From: Candidatus Heimdallarchaeota archaeon
Lineage (GTDB): Archaea > Asgardarchaeota > Heimdallarchaeia > Heimdallarchaeales > Heimdallarchaeaceae
Direction of reading: 5' to 3'
Assembly (NCBI GenBank): GCA_030603365.1
Contig: JAUVXV010000002.1
Coordinates: 96,001 to 160,000, forward strand
DNA: 64,000 nucleotides
Shown here: in pieces, positions 59,382-64,000 of the stretch
How positions within the stretch are numbered: position 1 is the first letter of the stretch
Layout: each line of letters opens with the position of its first letter
Program-made: the position numbers and the translations under genes
The notes under the pieces: model-generated
The model's database searches: none
What the model saw: the letters and a program-made list of their open reading frames with translations, nothing else
What the model was told of the DNA's origin: nothing

Positions 59382-60317
59382 TTATAGGCGCATCTTGAGA
59401 TGTGTTTGAACGTATCTACAATGCTCCCTCAATGTTGTGCTAGGTGTGCTCAGATATCGAGAGATTTCCTCTTTAGTGATTAGCTGCTCTCCTAGATATC
59501 GTTGACCTACCATATTTGTTGCTAGGAATATACAACTGACTGCAAAAACTGAGGGTTTACGCCCATTAACCTTGATTTCACATAACTTAGTAGCAAGTCT
59601 TTGAATGGTAGTGCTCATTTTTTCAAAACCAAGTTCGTCTTCAGGATGGATATTCGCAAGTCTTTCCTTAAAATCATCAATAGCTTTTAGTTGTGCAAGA
59701 TATTTGGGAACAAATTCTTTAGCTGAGCTTGTCCTGTAATTCATGTTTGTATCCATGATGTAGTCCCTCACTGCCTTTGCACTTAGCTTGCAGTGATGTT
59801 CTTTGAAAATATTTACGATGTCATTAATAGAGCATGGCAAACCCTTGTTTTTCATGTGCTTAATTGTTAAAGCGGCACAAATAAGGAAAATATTTGTTAC
59901 TTTGTTCCCCTTGCGTTTTTCAGATAAGTAGATCTTGTTGAGTTCAAACATTAAATCATTTCTAGCATTTTCTGATAGTCCTAATCTGGTTAAGATTGCT
60001 AAGATTCTCCCCTTTGACTCCTGGACTGCATCATAAGCTGAGTTTTCAGCATTGTACATTCGTCTATACTTATCTCTTTGTTCAATGTGAGCTTCAAATA
60101 CACGGAAGCTGGTGCTATGCCCTCTTCTACTTTCAGGACTGCCAAATCTGCTATCTGGACCATCTGAACGATCAAGAAAATGTGAGCATTCTAGAATCCG
60201 GTCTGCAACTATTCCACAATATCGACAAACTACATCTCCGCGAGTGACTTCTGAGATGAATTTAGTACCGCCACAATCAGCGCAAGTGAGTTCGTCTTTC
60301 AATATAGTTTCTGACAT
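59382..60317 (-). CDS. tfb: Divergent transcription initiation factor IIB (TFB) paralogue
   Basis: Zn ribbon CADC-x15-CRYCG; two cyclin repeats; GRKPSVFAVSCIFLA; C-terminal HTH ITKEEISRYLSTPSTTLR. Confidence 0.8.
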   Translation of the reverse strand: MSETILKDELTCADCGGTKFISEVTRGDVVCRYCGIVADRILECSHFLDRSDGPDSRFGSPESRRGHSTSFRVFEAHIEQRDKYRRMYNAENSAYDAVQESKGRILAILTRLGLSENARNDLMFELNKIYLSEKRKGNKVTNIFLICAALTIKHMKNKGLPCSINDIVNIFKEHHCKLSAKAVRDYIMDTNMNYRTSSAKEFVPKYLAQLKAIDDFKERLANIHPEDELGFEKMSTTIQRLATKLCEIKVNGRKPSVFAVSCIFLATNMVGQRYLGEQLITKEEISRYLSTPSTTLREHCRYVQTHLKMRL

Positions 60318-60345
60318 TTGTCTCTAACTATTTTTGTTTTAGACC

Positions 60346-60353
60346 CTTATAAG
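60346..60353 (-). promoter_or_regulatory. TATA box of tfb (leaderless)
   Basis: CTTATAAG about 30 nt upstream of the ATG. Confidence 0.45.
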
Positions 60354-60546
60354 TCAAAAGAGACCCTCCATTGAAAGTGAAAGAAGAGCTCCTTGTACAA
60401 TGATGTTTCAAGGCTTTTTGTCGTTACTTCCAGTTCCGTTTGAAAGTGAAAGTAACAATATATCTCGAGAAAATATCTGGGGCTATATGCAGTTTTTTTA
60501 TCTTTCTTACATAAAATTGATATAGTTAATTTGTTTCGTCAATAAG

Positions 60547-61404
60547 ATGAAAGAGAAATATGTATTCCTCAAATCTAAATTAGGGATTAGTAGTTTCATT
60601 CTGTTTATAGTTGGGTTTATCCTGTTCATGGCTGGAGAAATATATTATGGTGTTAGCGAAGGTGGTTTTGAGATAATAGGTACTATAATTATAGCATTTA
60701 TTGGAAGTATTATCTTCATAATTATACTTTCGCTCTTTCTTACTTCTGTTAGATCAATTATACCTTATATCTTACTCGCTATACCATACTTAGTTGCTTG
60801 TGCTATTAGATTAGATGAGATGTCTCCTTATTTTGATGAAGTATTTGCTATGATAGGACTGATTTCTGGATGCATTCTGTTAACTGCTTTTGTTGTAACA
60901 TTCATTATATTTTCTAGAAAACAAAAAATAAGTGTAGAAGATGCAACATCAATTACAGAAGATTCAGAAAAGATTGTCATTTCACCAATTGAATCAAAGA
61001 AGTTCCCTATAGATACCATCATTCATATTAGTACCTTAATCATAATGCTGAGTACATATCTGATATTTTGGATTGGTTATGCACCTTATTATCTACTATA
61101 TCTAATTCCAGTAATTTTATTTTTAGGTGGGCATATATTTTCACTACTATACGTTAAAGAAAACTATAATTGGAACTTTAGTCTTATCTCATCAATCCTT
61201 TCAGTGATAATCTTTGCATTTACTGCTCACCAACTCATTATTAATTACACCATTGTTTTGAGACCACTTGTTTATGGAATTGGTTTAGGAAGCTTGATTA
61301 TTGGAAATTCTGTTATCTTGGTTATTGGTTTTAAGAGAACTGTGAAGGCAAAAACAACAGACATTGTTGAGGAAAAAGATACGGAGAAAATCCTAGCGGA
61401 GTAG
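60547..61404 (+). CDS. Hypothetical membrane protein (~8 TM)
   Basis: Two blocks of four hydrophobic helices separated by a charged linker. Confidence 0.7.
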   Translation: MKEKYVFLKSKLGISSFILFIVGFILFMAGEIYYGVSEGGFEIIGTIIIAFIGSIIFIIILSLFLTSVRSIIPYILLAIPYLVACAIRLDEMSPYFDEVFAMIGLISGCILLTAFVVTFIIFSRKQKISVEDATSITEDSEKIVISPIESKKFPIDTIIHISTLIIMLSTYLIFWIGYAPYYLLYLIPVILFLGGHIFSLLYVKENYNWNFSLISSILSVIIFAFTAHQLIINYTIVLRPLVYGIGLGSLIIGNSVILVIGFKRTVKAKTTDIVEEKDTEKILAE

Positions 61405-61451
61405 TTGGGAGTTTCTAAAAGTATTTATGTCTTTTTTACATCTTTAGTAAG

Positions 61452-61901
61452 ATGAAAACCAAACATTGGATCTTCCAATCACGAACTGCTTTACTTGCAT
61501 TAATTTTCTATTTGATTGCCGTTGTTTCATATATTGTAGCTGATTTACTTTATGGACTTAAAGGATTTCAAGAAAATGAAGCAGTGGTTCTTTATGTCTC
61601 TATAGCTTTTATTGTCACTGTATTGATTGCATCAGTATTCTTCATTTTTATGCTACTAAAATCTGAGCGTAAAATATTTCTTTACACACTATTTTCACTA
61701 CCTTTCTTGGCTTTCAATGTATTCCGATTGTTAGATATTTTTGATTCACCAATGGATTATATTATCGAATTAATTTGCTTCATTGCTGGAGGAGTATTTC
61801 TTATCATCTCAATTATCACAATATCTAGGTTTTTCCATACAAAGCCTAAGTTCCCAATCGAAGTTGAACCTGCTGAAGATTTAACTGAATCAGGAGAATA
61901 A
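61452..61901 (+). CDS. Hypothetical 4-TM protein, paralogous to the N-half of 60547-61404
   Basis: Shared pattern F.S...L..I.F/Y......YG...PY/FL....RL.D/E. Confidence 0.7.
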   Translation: MKTKHWIFQSRTALLALIFYLIAVVSYIVADLLYGLKGFQENEAVVLYVSIAFIVTVLIASVFFIFMLLKSERKIFLYTLFSLPFLAFNVFRLLDIFDSPMDYIIELICFIAGGVFLIISIITISRFFHTKPKFPIEVEPAEDLTESGE

Positions 61902-62085
61902 CTGCCATAGGTTAGGATTTTTTCATTTATTTTGACTGCAACAGGAGCACTAATCGGAGATTTTCTGTCTTACCACACAAATAATTTTTTACGTGGTAAG
62001 ATTTTCTTCGCTTGATTTTTTTCCGGATGATTTCCTTCAGCCTAAATGAGGAAGACTTTTATTTTCTTCTTACTTTATTCTCACA

Positions 62086-63936
62086 TTGAGAAACAGAGAT
62101 CCTTTCCTAAAGCCTTTCAGAAAACTAACTATAACAGATGATTTTTGGACATCCATCCTATCAAATCTAATTCAAAGTTCATATCACTCCAAACAGCTGT
62201 TTGACTATGTGATGGACACACCTCTTGATAAGAAAATAAGTTTTGAAGAACCTACTAGAGATTCCATTCCTTCCGATTTATTTTCCTTGAATGAAACACA
62301 TTCTTTTGAATCACTTACTCCTTTTCATCTTTCTTTTTTCAGTAAGTCTCAAGTTTTCAGTAAGAAGATGGGACAATTTTTCACTCCTTCTTATATTTCT
62401 GATTTTATAGCAGAAAATACTCTCTCATACTTCATTGAAATAAACAACATTACATATTTAGAACAAGAATTACCTAACATTACAATTGCTGATATTGCAG
62501 CTGGAACTGGAAATTTGCTTATATCTACTCTATATGCTATTTTAAAGAGATTACAACCATTCGTAAATACTGGGAGAAAAGTCTTTCATAATTTCCTTTC
62601 TGAAAATATTTATGCTTTCGATCTTGATCCATTTACATTATTTATCCAGAAGCTGAGAGTGCTATTTTTTTCTTCTCTCTTTCTACCTGAATTTGATTTA
62701 CCCAATCTTGAAAATAATTTTTGTATAGGAAATTCATTACTAGATGATGATTCGTTAGTTGATAAATCAACATCTACTGCATTTAAACCTTTGAGAATCT
62801 TAAGTAAAGAAAAATCGATTAAATTTGATCTTATTGTTTCTAATCCTCCCTATATGTCCTATGGTCTTCGGGATGCTCAGAAATATCATCCTGAATTCAA
62901 ACATTTTCTTAGAACTAGATTCTTATCTTCTGAATACAAATTAAGTCTTTATCCCATATTTATTGAAAGGTCCTTGGAACTTCTAAATGAAAAAGGTGTC
63001 TTGGGGATAATCACTCCTGATTCTCATCTATTAGGAAGATATTATTCTAAAATTCGTTCATATATATTGAATAACTCAAACCTTCTAGATATCTCGTTAC
63101 TAGGATTTGAACCATTCAAAGGGGTAACACTAGGAAGACCAACTATTACCTTCTATAGTAAAAACTCTGGAACCAGACGAGAAAAGATCCCAGATTCTTT
63201 TCCAGCTAGATGGTTTCCATCGCTCACATCTTTTTTGGAACAAGAATGGGAAGATTTCCCAAATTCTCAGACAGATTTTCTCAAAAGTGAATACAATCGA
63301 TTTTATTTGTATTTTAATTTACAAGATAAAGAGTATGTAGAGAAATGGAAAGAAAAAGCGAAGAGAAAATTGAATGATATGGTCACTATACACACTGGGG
63401 TTAGATCTAAGGTAGGGCAGAAGAATATCGTGGGTAAAATAAAGAAGGGAGACAGCTGGAAAGAAGGAATTATTTCTGGACGTCAGATTCGTCCCTTCCA
63501 AATAGAATATCAGAATGATTGGATTAACGTAACTCCTTCAATCCTTTGGTCTGGAGGTTTTAACAAGGAAATAGTTGAAAAACCTAAAATCGTTCTTAGA
63601 CAGACTGGATATAATATTATTGCAGCTGTTGATGAGAAAGGATATTATCATCTGAATAATTGTCATTCTGTTTCTCCAAAAGATTCTTCATTGAATCTAT
63701 ATGCACTTGCAACTCAATTAAATTCTCAGGAATTTAACAAAGTTTATGGCATCTTGAGTATTGAAAGAGGAAGATCCCTTGCTCAGATAGATATAGATTT
63801 CCTTCTTAATCTTCCAATCATTACAACTACTAAAGGGCAGGAAATAATTTTAGAAGAATTTTATCGAGAGCAGAATAGAAGACAATTACAAAATCAAATT
63901 GTTGAAGAGTATGTATTACTTGATTTTCTTGAATAA
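62086..63936 (+). CDS. N6-adenine DNA methyltransferase (Eco57I/TaqI-like gamma class) with target-recognition domain
   Basis: GQFFTP, DIAAGTGN, GNSL, NPPY, FIERSL...GVLGIITP; C-terminal TaqI_C-like KIVLRQTG. Start uncertain (alternative ATG at 62212). Confidence 0.88.
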   Translation: MRNRDPFLKPFRKLTITDDFWTSILSNLIQSSYHSKQLFDYVMDTPLDKKISFEEPTRDSIPSDLFSLNETHSFESLTPFHLSFFSKSQVFSKKMGQFFTPSYISDFIAENTLSYFIEINNITYLEQELPNITIADIAAGTGNLLISTLYAILKRLQPFVNTGRKVFHNFLSENIYAFDLDPFTLFIQKLRVLFFSSLFLPEFDLPNLENNFCIGNSLLDDDSLVDKSTSTAFKPLRILSKEKSIKFDLIVSNPPYMSYGLRDAQKYHPEFKHFLRTRFLSSEYKLSLYPIFIERSLELLNEKGVLGIITPDSHLLGRYYSKIRSYILNNSNLLDISLLGFEPFKGVTLGRPTITFYSKNSGTRREKIPDSFPARWFPSLTSFLEQEWEDFPNSQTDFLKSEYNRFYLYFNLQDKEYVEKWKEKAKRKLNDMVTIHTGVRSKVGQKNIVGKIKKGDSWKEGIISGRQIRPFQIEYQNDWINVTPSILWSGGFNKEIVEKPKIVLRQTGYNIIAAVDEKGYYHLNNCHSVSPKDSSLNLYALATQLNSQEFNKVYGILSIERGRSLAQIDIDFLLNLPIITTTKGQEIILEEFYREQNRRQLQNQIVEEYVLLDFLE

Positions 63937-64000
63937 CCCCCAACGTTACATGGAACATTTTAAATAATTTATATATTGGGATGATGTAAGCAGTGGTGAC

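Noticed and set aside
60353-60456. ATTGAAAG/TTGAAAG ends resembling archaeal CRISPR repeat termini
   Set aside because: Only two copies, similarity limited to 13 bp, no regular repeat-spacer period and no cas genes
537-63501. Numerous 60-150 aa ORFs antisense to or nested in long genes (e.g. 537-989, 13989-14399, 23366-23671, 30402-30704, 58533-58808)
   Set aside because: Shadow ORFs of well-supported genes with no motifs

Overview
AT-rich archaeal chromosomal window. Archaeal origin rests on RadA, a Hel308/Ski2-like helicase, a TFB paralogue, a histone and BRE/TATA promoters with leaderless starts. The expanded paralogue families with C-terminal TM plus basic anchors suggest an Asgard/Heimdallarchaeia-like lineage (inference only). 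Layout: (1) 1-11.5 kb, co-oriented HerA/VirB4-like ATPase (partial), Hel308-like helicase with a SWIM Zn-finger insert, a RadA homologue and a 2115-aa Ig-repeat surface protein starting 1 nt after radA; (2) porA/porB, four tandem 4-TM paralogues, a short alpha3-truncated histone and sfsA; (3) five tandem family-5 solute-binding proteins that appear circularly permuted, with a readable duplication scar; (4) a ~28-kb surface-glycan island with GTs, GDP-fucose synthesis, two flippases, LicD, a complete 2-hydroxyethylphosphonate pathway (PepM, Ppd, Fe-ADH, cytidylyltransferase), nonulosonate synthesis, three sulfotransferases including an SCP2-arylsulfotransferase fusion, and a pyruvyltransferase; (5) a HEAT/TPR protein, a divergent TFB, two membrane proteins, a nested-hairpin intergenic element and a solitary N6-adenine methyltransferase. 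No rRNA, tRNA, CRISPR array or transposase was recognised. All calls come from reading motifs by eye; no searches were run.
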